From Cetorhinus maximus (taxonomy: Eukaryota), in NCBI RefSeq assembly GCF_964194155.1, contig NC_135883.1, positions 67,208,001 to 67,272,000 of the forward strand: a stretch of 64,000 nucleotides of DNA. The letters are read 5' to 3'. This document shows positions 38,465 to 49,764 of the stretch, piece by piece; positions within the stretch are counted from its first letter, which is position 1; the number at the start of each line of letters is the position of its first letter. The position numbers and the translations under genes were made by a program. The notes beneath the pieces were generated by a model. That model made no database searches. It was not told where the DNA came from and worked only from the letters and a program-made list of their open reading frames with translations.

Positions 38465-39410
38465 TTTTTTTTTTAATTCATTCATGGGGTGTGGGCTTCA
38501 CTGGCTGGGCCAGCTTTTATTGCCCATCCCTAGTTGCCCTTGAGAAGGTGGTGGTGAGGTGCCTTCTTGAACCGCTGCAGTCCCTGTGGTGTGGGTACAC
38601 CCACAGTGATGTTAGGGGGAGGGAGTTCCAGGATTTTGACCCAGCGACAGTAACAGAACAGTGATATATTTCCAAGTCAGGATGATAAGTGGCTTGGAGG
38701 GGAACTTGCTGGTGGTGATGTTCCCATGTGTTTGTTGTCCTTCTAGATGGTGGCAGTCATGGGTTTGGAAGGTGCTGCCTAAGGAGCCTTGGTGACTTCC
38801 TGCAGTGCATCTTGTTGATGGTACACAATGCTGCCACTATGTGTCGATGGTGGAGGGAGTGAATGTTTGTCAAGCAGGCTGCTTTGTCCTGGATGGTGTC
38901 AAGCTTCTTGAGTGGTGTTGGAGTTGCACTTATCCAGGCAAGTGGAGACTATTCCATCACACTCCCGACTTGTGCCTTGTAGATGGTGGACAGGCTTTGG
39001 GGAGTCAGGAGGTGAGTTACTCAGTGCAGAATTCCCAGCCTCTGACCTGCTCCTGTAGCCACAGTATTTATATGGCTAGTCCAGTTCAGTTTCTGGTCAA
39101 TGGTAGCCCCCAGAATGTTGATAGTGGGGGATTCAGCGATGGTAATGCCATTAAATGTCAAGGTGATGGTTAGATTTTCTCTTGTTGGAGATGGTCATTA
39201 CCTAGCACTTGGTGGCACGAATGTTACTTGCCACTTGTCAGCCCAAGCATGGATATTGTCTAGGTCTTGCTGCATTTGGACATGGAATGCTTCAGTACCT
39301 GAGGAGTTGCAAATGGTGCTGAACATTGTGCATTCATCAGCGAACATCCCCACTTCTGATCTTATGACGGAAGGAAGGTCATTGATGAAGCAGCTAAAGA
39401 TGGTTGGGCC
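38465..39410 (-). mobile_element. 3' part of the second CR1/L2-group LINE family
   Basis: GPTIFSCFINDLPSVIRSEVGMFADEC; poly-T-led tail TTTTAATTCATTCATGGG; highly similar to 13132-14060. Confidence 0.9.
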
Positions 39411-40148
39411 AGGGTATCTTTCTGGTAAATCTACACTGTTCTCCATCCACTATATCCTTCCTAAGGGGTCGTGCCCAGAACTGCTCACTGTGACTCTAGG
39501 TGTGGTCTAATCAGAGCTTTGTATAGCTAAAGCATGATTTCTACCCCTTCCATTCTATTCTAGATAAAGAAAGGCCAGCATTCCATTAACCTTTTTGATT
39601 ATTCTCTGTACCTGTTCATGACATTTTAATGATCTATGTACCTGGAACCCCAAGTCTCTTTGGACTTGCACTGTTTCTAGCTTTTCACTGTTTAGAAAGT
39701 CCCCTGTTTAATTAAGTTCCAAATGAATGACCTCACATTGCCAATATTGAAATCCATTTGCCACAATTTTGCCCATTCACTTAATCCATCAATATGTCTG
39801 TAATATTGTGCTTCCATTTACACTGTTTACAATTTCACCTATTTTTGTGCCATTGGCAAATTTGGATATGTGGCTTTCTATCCCATCATTAAAATCATTA
39901 ATAAATAGAGTGAATAGTTGAGGCTGCAACAGAGATCCTTGCGGGACACATGCAGCCAATTAGAGTACCTTCTCCTTATCCCAACACTATCTGAGCCAAT
40001 TTCCTAACCAGGACAATAATTTATCCTCAATTCTATGCTAACAGTCTGTTAAGAGGGACTTCATTAATACCTTCTGGAAGTCCATAGAAATAACATCCAG
40101 AGACATTCCTCTGTCCACTAGTTTAGTCATTTCTTCAAAGGATTCAAT

Positions 40149-40362
40149 CAGAATTACCTGGAAAAACTCAGCAAGTCTGGCAGCATCGGCGGAGAAGAAA
40201 TCAGTTAACGTTTCGAGCCTTCATGGGCCATGAAGGCTCGAAACGTTAACTGATTTCTTCTCCGCCGATGCTGCCAGACTTGCTGAGTTTTTCCAGGTAA
40301 TTCTGTTTTTGTTTTGGATTTCCAGCATCCGCAGTAGCTTTTAGCTTTTTGTTTTTATCTTG
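40149..40362. mobile_element. Penelope-like terminal fragment forming a perfect 157-bp palindrome, 12-bp TSD
   Basis: Arms 40149-40226 and 40228-40305 are exact reverse complements; GGATTCAATCAG at 40140-40151 and 40363-40374. Confidence 0.8.
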
Positions 40363-40544
40363 GGATTCAATCAGGTTCGTCAGGCATGACCTACTCTTTT
40401 TCTGTGATTTGCTTAATATTTTCAAGGTGTTCAGTCCCCCTATTGTTAATTACACATTCTAGTAATTTCCCAACAACATATGTTAGGCTAACTGGTTTAT
40501 ATTTCCCTGGTTTCCCTCTGTCACCTTTCTTAAATAACAGTTTG

Positions 40545-40980
40545 GGGAGAAGGTGGGTGTGTGAGGTAGAGGGATATGGGGGGAGGGTGGGTATGTAGGG
40601 TTGAGGGATACAGGAGAACATGGGTGTGTGGAGTAGAGGAATATGGGAGAATGTGGGTATGTGGGGTTCAGGGATATGGGAGATGCGGGTTGTGTGGTTG
40701 AGGGATATTGTAAGAAGGTGGGTGTATGGGGTTGAGGGATACGGGAGAGTGTGGGTGTGTAGTTGAGGGATATGGGAGAATGTGGGTGTGTGGGGTTGAG
40801 GGATACAGAAGAATGTGGGTGTGAAGGGTTGAGGGATACGGGAGAATGTGGATGTGAGGGGTTGAGGGATACAGGAGAATGTGGGTGTGAGGGGTTGAGG
40901 GATACGGGAGAATGTGGGTGTGTGGGGTTGAAGAATACGGAAGAAGGTAGGTGTTTGGGATATAGGGACTAGACAAGGGT
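40545..40980. repeat. G-rich minisatellite, 33-bp unit (GGGGTTGAGGGATACGGGAGAATGTGGGTGTGA-like)
   Basis: 11-aa periodic ORFs; four G3+ runs per unit. Confidence 0.9.
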
Positions 40981-42056
40981 TGTGTAGGAGGGCTTTGAAC
41001 TATGAGGAAGACTTCAGTTTTTGTCCGGACCTGCTTTTGCTGTTTCTAAGAATGCTGTTCTAGTGATAGTATTGTAAATTGCAGGTTTTCACTGCTATTG
41101 ACTGGTAGTTATGAGTTCATCTGTAGATACATCAGCTGAGCACAGAAGGAACCATATAGGAGTTGTGCATTATGATTTGTGATTTTCAAGACTGTATGAC
41201 TATTATATGTACTGTTCAAATAAATTATGTTGCAGAATCAGATTTGTGAGTAAACAGTAACATTGTGCAGCGCTTGCCCAGGTCGCCTGTTGAACTTCAA
41301 GGTTGAGGCGCGTTGGAGGCGTGGGGGGCAAGGGCTGCCCTGCAGTTGAGGTGACTGAAGCATGGGGGCAAGGGCTGCCCTACGGTTTGAAGGTAGTGCA
41401 CAAGCATATGGAGTGGGGGGGGGGAAGCAGCCACGCATTAGGGAAACCTTGTATAAAGTGACAATTCCTCTGCAGCTGTGTCTGTTCAGACGCAGCCACA
41501 TGATTGGAGTCGGGTTTCTAGTTTATCTGCCCATTCAAGCAAGGCAGAGGCCTGAAAGTACCACCATGTGCTCCAGAGTTTCTCACCCTTTGGGCAGACA
41601 CTGCAAACTAATGAGCATCTTAGTGGACTGCAGAATAGTTGGGCGACTGGGCATGTTGTACAATCTCCTCGCTAAAGCTGGCCATGGAGCAGTCACTGGA
41701 GGAGGCGCTCACAGCCCCTTGCAATGTCATCATTCAGGTTTGGACCAGTCTCGCCCATGGTTCAAACTGACAGTGCAGCCTTGCAGTGTGGGTTAGCCGA
41801 ATGCCTGTGCCTGAGCTGAGAGCACAGCATGCAGTCCAATGGGCAAAACTGCCGCCAGTCGGTCAGATAGAGTGGGGCGGAGGAGGGTGGGGTTTCAGGC
41901 AGCCATGCAGCGCACTAAACTCTGGCCATTGAAGTGGTGGCCAGAACTCTCTGGGATGCAATAAGGGACCTTCAGACTTAACCAAGAGAAGTTCTAGGTG
42001 TACCCAAGCTAACCCACACGTCTCTCTTCCATTCTGCAGCAGGAGTACATCAGGAG

Positions 42057-43176
42057 CATGGAGCCTGTGAACTACTGCATGCCTCGTGGCATAAAGAGAG
42101 TGGAGACAAAGGAGAGGAGAGCAACGAAAGCTGCTGGCTGTGCAGAGGCAGGAGCAGCAACCTCAAGAAGAAGGGGTGGCTGGGGCTCCCGCACACGCTG
42201 CTGAAGAGCCACAGTGAGCCATTGCTGCTCGGCACAAAAGTAGACCCAGGGTCTATAGATGCCGCCTTTCATTCCTGCTGATGACCAAGAACCAGGGCCG
42301 CCGAATACTGTGCATGTCTAGGAAACTGATCGGTCACATCTGCCAGCTGCTGCAGGATTTGGCAAAGGGGACATGGAGGGCATCCACTGCCAGTCTCTGT
42401 GAAAGTGACCGCGGCGCTCAATTTTTACGCCAGTGGCTCCTTTCAGGGCTTCACAGGTGACCTCTGTGGAATATCACAAGCCTCCATCCACAAATGAATC
42501 CATGAGGTCACAGATGCCATCTTTGCGAGGGCACACAACTTTGTGCATTTCGCCCGGGACCAGGAGAGCCAGGATGCAAAAGCGATTGGATTTGCCCAGA
42601 TCTCAGATTTCCCACAGGTACAAGGTAAAATCGACTGCACCCCGTGGCGCTCAGATCTCCGTTGCAACAAACAGTCAACTATGTCAACCACAGGGGGCTT
42701 CCATTCGTTGAATGTGTAGCCGGTGTGCGACCAGCAGAAACGCAGCCTGCAGGCCTGCGTACGGTTTCCAGGGTGTGTCCACGACTCCCACATTCTCAGT
42801 CGGTCAAAGATCCCTGACATCTTTCAGGGGCCACAGAGGCTGCAGGGATGGCTCCTTGGGGACAAGGGCTACCCACAGAGGACATGGTTGATGATACCTG
42901 TGCAGCAGTATAACGAGACTCATGCTGCAACTTTCACCAAACAATCGGGATACTCAAAATGAGTTTCAGGTGCCTGGACCTGGTGGAGCCCTGCAATACA
43001 GTCCACAGAGGGAGTCACGCATCGTCGTCGCCTGCTGCGCCCTTTATGACCTAGCGCTGCAACGGGGAGAGGAGCTGGCTGACTAGGAGATGCAGGAGCT
43101 GGAGGTCTCCTCCAATGAGGAGGGCGTCGACGGTGATGAGGGTGAGGAGGTCCTCAGAGGTGACAAAGACAGCAAT
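42057..43176 (+). pseudogene. Harbinger DDE transposase (HARBI1-like); C-terminal end resumes at 44927-45000
   Basis: KVTAALNFYASGSFQ, FPQVQGKIDCT, RFPGCVHDS, WLLGDKGYP, IVVACCALY, acidic tail; several stops and frameshifts. Confidence 0.9.
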
Positions 43177-44844
43177 CTATGGGTGGAGCCAGAGGACATC
43201 GCTAGAGTGTTGAATGAATACTTCACATCCGTCTTCACCCAAGAGAATGAGGATGAAGGTATCGAACTTGGGGAGAGAGACTGCAAGGTTCTTAAGCAAA
43301 TTGATATAGGGAGTGACAAGGTATTGGAGGTGTTGGCAGGCTTAAAAGTGGACAAATCTCCAGGTCCAGATGATTTGTGTCCCAGACTGCTGAGGGAGGC
43401 AAGGGAGGAGATCGCAGGAGCTCTGACCCAAAATTTTAATTTCTCTCTGGCCACAGGGGAGGTGCCAGAGGACTGGAGAACAGCTAATGTGGTTCCGCTA
43501 TTTAAGAACAGTTGTAGAGATAAGCCAGGGAACTACAGGCCACTGAGTCTCACGTCAGTGGTAGGGAAACTATTGGAGAAAATTCTGAAGGAGAGTATCT
43601 ATCTCCACTTGGAGAGGCAAAGTTTGATCAGGGATAGTCAGCATGGCTTTGTCAGAGGGAGGTCATGCCTAACAAATTTGATTGAATTTTTTGAGGAGGT
43701 GACCAGGTGTGTAGATGAGGGTAATGCAGTTGATGTAGTTTATATGGATTTCAGCAAAGCCTTTGACAAGGTCCCACATGGGAGACTTATAAAGAAGGCA
43801 AATGCACATGGGATACAGGGTAATTTGATAAGGTGGATTCAAAATTGGCTTAGTTGTAGGAGACAGAGGGTGATGACAGAAGGATACTTTAGTGACAGGA
43901 AGCCAGTGTCCAGTGGCGTACCACAGGGATCTGTGCTGGGTCCCTTATTATTTGTCATTTATATAAACGACATAGATGACTATGTGGGGGGTAGGATTAG
44001 TAAGTTTGTGGATGACACAAAAATTGGCCAGGTGGTTAACAGTGAGGTTGAGTGTCTTGGGCTACAGGAAGATATAGATGGGATGGTCAAATGGGCAGAT
44101 AAGTGGCAGATGGAATTTAATCCTGAAAAGTGTGAGGTAATACACTTTGGAAGGAGTAATTTGACAAGGAAGTATTCAATGAACGGCATGGCATTAGGAA
44201 GTTCTGAGGAACAAAGGGACCTTGGCGTGTGTGTCCATAGATCTCTGAAGGCAGAGGGGCATGTTAGTGGGGTGGTGAAAAAGGCATATGGGACACTTGC
44301 CTTTATCAATCGAGGCATAGATTACAAAAGTAGGGAGATCATGTTGGAGTTGTATAGAACCTTGGTGAGGCCACAGCTGGAGTACTGTGTGCAGTTCTGG
44401 TTGCCAAATTATAGGAAGGATGTGATTGCACTGGAGGGGGTGCAGAGGAGATTCACCAGGATGTTGCCTGGGATGAAAGATTTAAGTTATGAAGAGAGTT
44501 TGGATAGGCTTGGGTTGTTTTCATTGGAGCAGAGAAGACTGAGGGGCAACCTGATCGAGGTGTACAAGATTATGAGGGGCATGGACAGGGTGGATGGGGA
44601 GCAGCTGTTCCCCTTAGTTGAAGGGTCAGTCACAAGGGGGCATAAGTTCAAGGTGAGGGGCAGGAGGTTTAGGGGGGATGTGAGGAAAAACGTTTTTACC
44701 CAGAGGGTGGTGACGGTCTGGAATGCACTGCCTGGGAGGATGGTGGAGGCAGGTTGCCTCACATCCTTTGAAAAGTACCCGGATGAGCTCTTGGCATGTC
44801 ATAACATTGAAGGCTATGGGCCAAGTGCTGGTAAATGGGATTAG
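43090..44844 (+). CDS. 584-aa chimeric ORF: Harbinger acidic tail (about 29 aa) fused to an uninterrupted CR1 reverse transcriptase and C-terminus, no endonuclease
   Basis: ATG at 43090 lies in transposase sequence; RT motifs QHGF, YMDFSKAFDKVPH, GVPQGSVLGP, KFVDD intact. Expression unknown. Confidence 0.5.
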   Translation: MQELEVSSNEEGVDGDEGEEVLRGDKDSNLWVEPEDIARVLNEYFTSVFTQENEDEGIELGERDCKVLKQIDIGSDKVLEVLAGLKVDKSPGPDDLCPRLLREAREEIAGALTQNFNFSLATGEVPEDWRTANVVPLFKNSCRDKPGNYRPLSLTSVVGKLLEKILKESIYLHLERQSLIRDSQHGFVRGRSCLTNLIEFFEEVTRCVDEGNAVDVVYMDFSKAFDKVPHGRLIKKANAHGIQGNLIRWIQNWLSCRRQRVMTEGYFSDRKPVSSGVPQGSVLGPLLFVIYINDIDDYVGGRISKFVDDTKIGQVVNSEVECLGLQEDIDGMVKWADKWQMEFNPEKCEVIHFGRSNLTRKYSMNGMALGSSEEQRDLGVCVHRSLKAEGHVSGVVKKAYGTLAFINRGIDYKSREIMLELYRTLVRPQLEYCVQFWLPNYRKDVIALEGVQRRFTRMLPGMKDLSYEESLDRLGLFSLEQRRLRGNLIEVYKIMRGMDRVDGEQLFPLVEGSVTRGHKFKVRGRRFRGDVRKNVFTQRVVTVWNALPGRMVEAGCLTSFEKYPDELLACHNIEGYGPSAGKWD

Positions 44845-44926
44845 GTAGGTAGGCCAGGTGTTTCTCACGTGTCGGTGCAGACTTGATGGGCCGAAGGGCC
44901 TCTTCTGCACTGTGATTCTGTGTGAT
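43177..44926 (+). mobile_element. Young 5'-truncated CR1 LINE inserted in the transposase tail
   Basis: Uninterrupted RT frame; the empty-site sequence GACAGCAATGAGGCC is readable in the 9.5-kb Harbinger copy. Confidence 0.95.
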
Positions 44927-45715
44927 GAGGCCCTCGCACTGGCCAGATGAGGCAGGCACGCTCGGGATGGCATCATAGCTGCCAGATTTGTGGAGGATGA
45001 CATGCAGTGAGGTATCCCCATAGATCCTCACATTGCATCTGTGAACCTTTAACTCCAGTCTGGCTTATGGCAGCGCACATACCCTCTGTGAGCATGCTCC
45101 TGTCATGGAGACGCAGTGGAGGCACTAATAGCCACCCGATTGCAGGAGGATGATGACGACATGCAGCGAGGACATTCCATAGATCTTCACATAGCCTCTG
45201 AGGATGTCTGACTCCTGTCTTACCGAGGGCACCTTGCTTGCGCTCTGTGATCAGGGTCATATCATGGAGACGCAGCCATGAAACTTTAAAGGCATCTGAT
45301 CTTTGGTCCGCCTTCAGCACCTGAGCCCTTCAGGAGCACAACGTCACTGGTCACAGATGCTGAAGAGATGGCGCCCAGCCCCAACTTGAAAGTGCTGAGA
45401 GCACACAGAAAGAATGACAGAACTCTGTGACACCTGCCCATGACATTCTGGCAGCAATGTCAAGCACCGTCGAGGTGCAGGCATCAGTAATGTGTTCAGG
45501 GAGTGTGAGGCCGGACCATTAATTTCGGGAAGATGGCCCTGGACTGAGACACCTGCCTTTATATTGCGCAGAAAGCTTTCACATCTGAGTGACATGAACA
45601 CTGCTCATCAGAACAAGGAGCCATAGGCACGGAGACATTGTTGAGAGTTCATTGACTATAGTGAACATTATGTACAAGTGATTAACACCTATGCCCAGGC
45701 TGTGCAACTACATCT

Positions 45716-45865
45716 GAACCTTGGAGGTGTCAGCTGTGGCTCAGTTCATAGCACCCTCGCCTTTGAATCAGAGGGTTGTGGGTTCATGTCCCACTCCCGG
45801 AAACCAAGAACTGTGAATGTACTCGAAAGAGTTACAATCTGTGACTGTTGATAACTCGAAAGAGT
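45716..45865 (+). mobile_element. 150-bp insertion with tRNA-like SINE head, flanked by TACATCT direct repeat
   Basis: A-box-like TGGCTCAGT, B-box-like GGTTCATGTCC; TACATCT at 45709-45715 and 45866-45872. Confidence 0.6.
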
Positions 45866-45879
45866 TACATCTTCTTAAC

Positions 45880-48737
45880 TTTCCTAACCCTGCTGCTGCG
45901 TCTTGGTGCTCCTCGGACACCCACAGCAGAGATGGAGGCAGCCTACTGACTGTGACGCCCTGTCTGTGATGACCTTGGCGGGCCTCCTCTGGAGGGCTGA
46001 GACCTGGAGGGCCCCAGCCTGCTTTCAGGGTCCTGGTGTGAGGTAGTGACACCCTCCTCGGCATGTGGAGTTGGAGCTGCTGAGATCACAGGAAGAGGGG
46101 ATTCGGATGGGCTGGACACTCCCAGAGTCACCTGGATGACTAGCCCCAGGTTGTACACCTGCTGATCCTCCTCCCTATGGGTGCCCGAGGTTCCCTGGCT
46201 GACTCCTTGAGAAGGGGTAGCTGGAGTGATCAGGATGCCCCACACCCCTCTTGCGCAGACACAATCAGAGGCCAACTATGGCGTTCATGATGGAGTTCAC
46301 CCACAGTGCAGGAGTGACGTCCTGGACCAAGGTCTCCATGGTGACTGCCATTCTATCAGTGTTGACCTCGGTGTATTGGCATGCTTCAGTCTGAAGGCGG
46401 ATGGACTCCTCCATCGTGCTTTGCCATCTGAGGAGTGCAGCGGGCATCCTGCCCTGATGTTCCCGAACTTGCATTCGCAACTCTAGCAACTGTGACCTGA
46501 CCGAGCCCAGAGGTTCATCATCTGCCTCGGGCTCCGCAAATTTCTGGCCTCCAGTAGTCCTCCGAGTGCTGGACACCAGGGAAGCCCCTGCCATGCCTGC
46601 TGTGAATTAGAAAGTGCGATGTGCTCATTAGATTGTGATCCAGAGCCTACTCGAAAGCTGGGTCCCACCGAGTGTTTGTGCCTGCACTGGTGGAGGGTGT
46701 GGGTGAACGCTGTGATGGGACTTCAGGGAGAGTTTCAGCATATTCCTCTTCTGAGCTTCCTTCGGGCTTTGATTGGAGGCCCTGGGTTGTGGACCCCCTC
46801 GACTATTTCCCAGATGCGCCTGCGAGAGCAAGTAGAGATAATTAATGCATGGCAGTGGCCTATGAAACAGGACACATCACTCACAGCAAGTTTGTTTGAT
46901 AGATGTTGCATTGCTGGACCCTCACTCGGTACAGCAGCACCGACCTCACCATCAGCACAGGAACGGTCCAGATCCTCGCCAGCCAGCTGGATGGCTCTGT
47001 TTTCAAAGTCCGTGAGAACCTTGATGTCAGGAATTCCTCCACTGGTCTGCAACATCTCCCTCATGTTGCGTGCCAGCTTGTCCTGCATGAATAGAGATGG
47101 AGAGAATGTAAGGTTTCCATAACACATTTGATAAGGTGCCCACATCAAAGGTGATTGTGGAAAATAAAGCTCATGGTGTAGGGGGTAACATATTGGCACG
47201 GATAGAAGATTGGCTAGCGAACAGGAACCAGAGAGTTGGAATAAATGGGTCTTTTTCTAGTTGGCAGGATGTGACAAGTGGTGTGTCACAGGGAGCAGTG
47301 CTGGGGCCTCAACTTTTTACAATTTATACAAATAACTTGGATGAAGGGACAGAAGGAATGATTGCTAAATTTGCTGATGACACAAAGATAGGTAGGAAAG
47401 TAAATTGTGAAGAGGATGTAAGGAGGCTACATAGACATATAGACATAGATAGGTTAAGTGAGGAGGCAAAAATCTGGCAAATGGAGCATAATATGGGCAA
47501 ATGTGAAATTGTTTATTTTGGCAGGAAGAATAAAAAAGCTTATTATCTAAATACTGAGAGATTGACAAGCTCTGAAATTCAGCGGGATCTGGATGTCCAA
47601 GTACATGAATCACAAAAAGTTAGTATGCAGGTACAGCAGGTAATTATGAAAGCTAATAGAATGTTATAATTTATTGTGAGGGGGAATTGATTACAAAAGT
47701 AGGGAGGTTATGCTTTAGTTGTACAGGGCATTGGCGAGACCACATCTGGAGTACTGAGTACAGTATTGCTCTCCTTTTTTAAGGACGATGTAAATGCATT
47801 GGAAGCAGTTCAGAGAAGGTTTACTGGAAGGGGCGGGTTATCTTATGAAGAAAGTTTGGGCAGGTTAGGCTTGTATCCACTGGAGTTTAGAAGAGTAAAG
47901 GGCGACTTGATTGAAACATATAAGATCCTGAGGGGTCTTGACCACGTCGATGTGGAAAGGATATTTCCTCTTGTGGGAGAATCTAGAACTGGGGGTCGCT
48001 GTTTAAAAATAAGGGGTCACTCATTTAAGGCAGAGGTGAGGAGAAATTCTTTTCTCACAGAGGGTTGAGAGTCTTTGGAACTCTTTTCCTCAAAAGACGG
48101 TGGAAGCAGAGTTTTTGAATATTTTTAAGGCACAGTTAGATAGATTCCTGACTAACAAGGAGGTGAAAGGTTATCGGGGGTAGGCAGGAATGTGGGGTTG
48201 AGGTGACATTCAGATCAGCCGTGATCCTATTGAATGGCGGAGCAGGCTCGAGGGATCGAGTGGTCTACTCCTTCTCCTAATTCGTATGTTTATACGTTCG
48301 TAAACAGGATGCCTGCCAGGCCAGAAGATAAGTATGCCTGGCATGTGTGGGTAGTGAGTAGTCCCATAGACGGAATGAGGACAATGAATATGTGTGTGAG
48401 AGAGTGAATGGTGATGTCTTTTGAACTGGCAGTGAGTGAGGGCCCTGTGTATGTGTGATGGGTTTGTGAGTGTGAATTGAGAGTGATGAGAAGAGTGACT
48501 TCCCCTGGCAGAATGGAGGAGATCATTCATCCTCTTGTGGCACTGGGTGGCTGTCCCCTCCTTTGCAGGGTGTTGGCACTGACCACTGCTGCCACCACCT
48601 CCCAAACCGGATGTTGGTGACCATCCTGCGGAAAAAGCGGGGGTAGAGAACATCACAGCAGGCTTCACTGCGTCCATGCACTCGAGGGACATGTCATTGA
48701 ACCTGGGGACTGCAGTCTTCTTGCCTTTTGGGGCCAT
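45880..48737 (-). pseudogene. Harbinger Myb/SANT-like DNA-binding protein gene, spliced and decayed
   Basis: Exon 1 48737-48504 (MAPKGKKTAVPRFND..QCHKRMNDLLHSAR); exon 2 47082-46926 (DKLARNMREMLQTSGG..), AG/GT bounded; exon 3 from 46819. The 3' end is approximate. Confidence 0.8.
47110..48301 (+). mobile_element. CR1 3' fragment inserted in intron 1 of the Myb gene
   Basis: GVSQGAVLGPQLF..KFADDTKI..LEFRRVKGDLIE; tail CGTATGTTTATACGTTCGT. Confidence 0.9.
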
Positions 48738-48771
48738 GTCTTCGGTGCAGCAGGCGGTCACCGAGTCCATG

Positions 48772-49455
48772 ATGATACGGGCTGTACCCTCACGATGGCC
48801 AAGTTGTGGAGGATACAGCAGACCACCACAAATCAGCACACCAGCTTCAGCAAGTAGTGGAAGACTCTCACTCCCCCATCAACCAAGCAGTCCAGGGAGT
48901 GGAACCAGGATATTAATGGTCTGTTTGATGATCTTCCTCATGGCAGCATGGCTCTCATCATAGGAGAGCTGACCACAGGTGATGGGGTTGCCAATGGGTG
49001 TCATCAGTCAGGTGTACAGCAGGTAGCCCATGTGGCTGAGCAGCCATGTCGTAGTTCAATGTGGTAGCTCTAAGGTTGGTGAAGGTGCAGACTTGCACAA
49101 GATGGAAGGGTCATGACTGCTGCCAGGATAGCAGGCACTCACCAGCATGATATTCTGAGAGTGGTTACACATTAACTATACGTCGGGTGAGTGGTATCCC
49201 CTGCGGTATCGATGCACCTCCCCATTGAAATGTAACACCCACACAGCCATGTGCATGCTGTCAATGACTCCTTCCAACATGGGGAGGCCCACTATCACTG
49301 GCAAAGCTATTTACCTGATCCTCCTACTACTCTGTTTAAAGAGAAGACAATGAAGTCCCCTCTCCAGAAGTACAGTTCTCTCACCTCCCAGATGCAGTGA
49401 TGCATGGCAGACTGCGAGATGATCGCCATTTCACCTGTTTAGCCAAGAAGGATCC
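48772..49455 (-). pseudogene. Another Harbinger transposase remnant (different family)
   Basis: Reverse-strand YPGSSHD, WLLSHMGY, VVVCCILHNLAI motifs. Confidence 0.75.
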
Positions 49456-49764
49456 ACTGGTATAAGCAGATAGTCGAAAGGAACAAACCTTCAAGTTGGA
49501 TGTAATGCCTTTAATTGGCAGCTCCTGTAACACCAAAATCACTGATGTAACTATTAAAGTACATCTGAAGGTAATATTTGAAGCAAAATGTCGGAACTGA
49601 GTCCTGATGAAATGTCACTCACTCAAACATGGATGGTTATCATTATTTTAGACATAGAACAATGCTCACGTGTAGGAGCAGAACTGGGATATATATCTTA
49701 ACATGTGAACAGGAACAATCTTATCAGTTGGGCTGTAGTGGAAGAGTGAGCCATTGACAGCCAA

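Larger units (their letters stand above)
38300..40543 (-). mobile_element. Old CR1 remnant interrupted by another LINE (38465-39410) and a Penelope-type palindrome
   Basis: LFKKGDRGKPGKYKPVSLT..VVGKLLE; KFANG.K (degenerate FADD); CR1 3' UTR at 38370-38450. Confidence 0.78.
41255..48770. mobile_element. Large two-gene PIF/Harbinger transposon remnant (termini not seen) with CR1 and SINE insertions
   Basis: Transposase on +, Myb/SANT gene on -, convergent; partial second copy at 8750-9862. Confidence 0.85.

Noticed and set aside
40149-40305. miRNA precursor or intact hammerhead ribozyme
   Set aside because: Perfect TE-derived fold-back with a 1-nt loop; the CTGANGA core half is missing.
42057-48737. 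Host HARBI1 or NAIF1/MSANTD genes
   Set aside because: Both are disrupted, multi-copy in the window and interrupted by LINEs.
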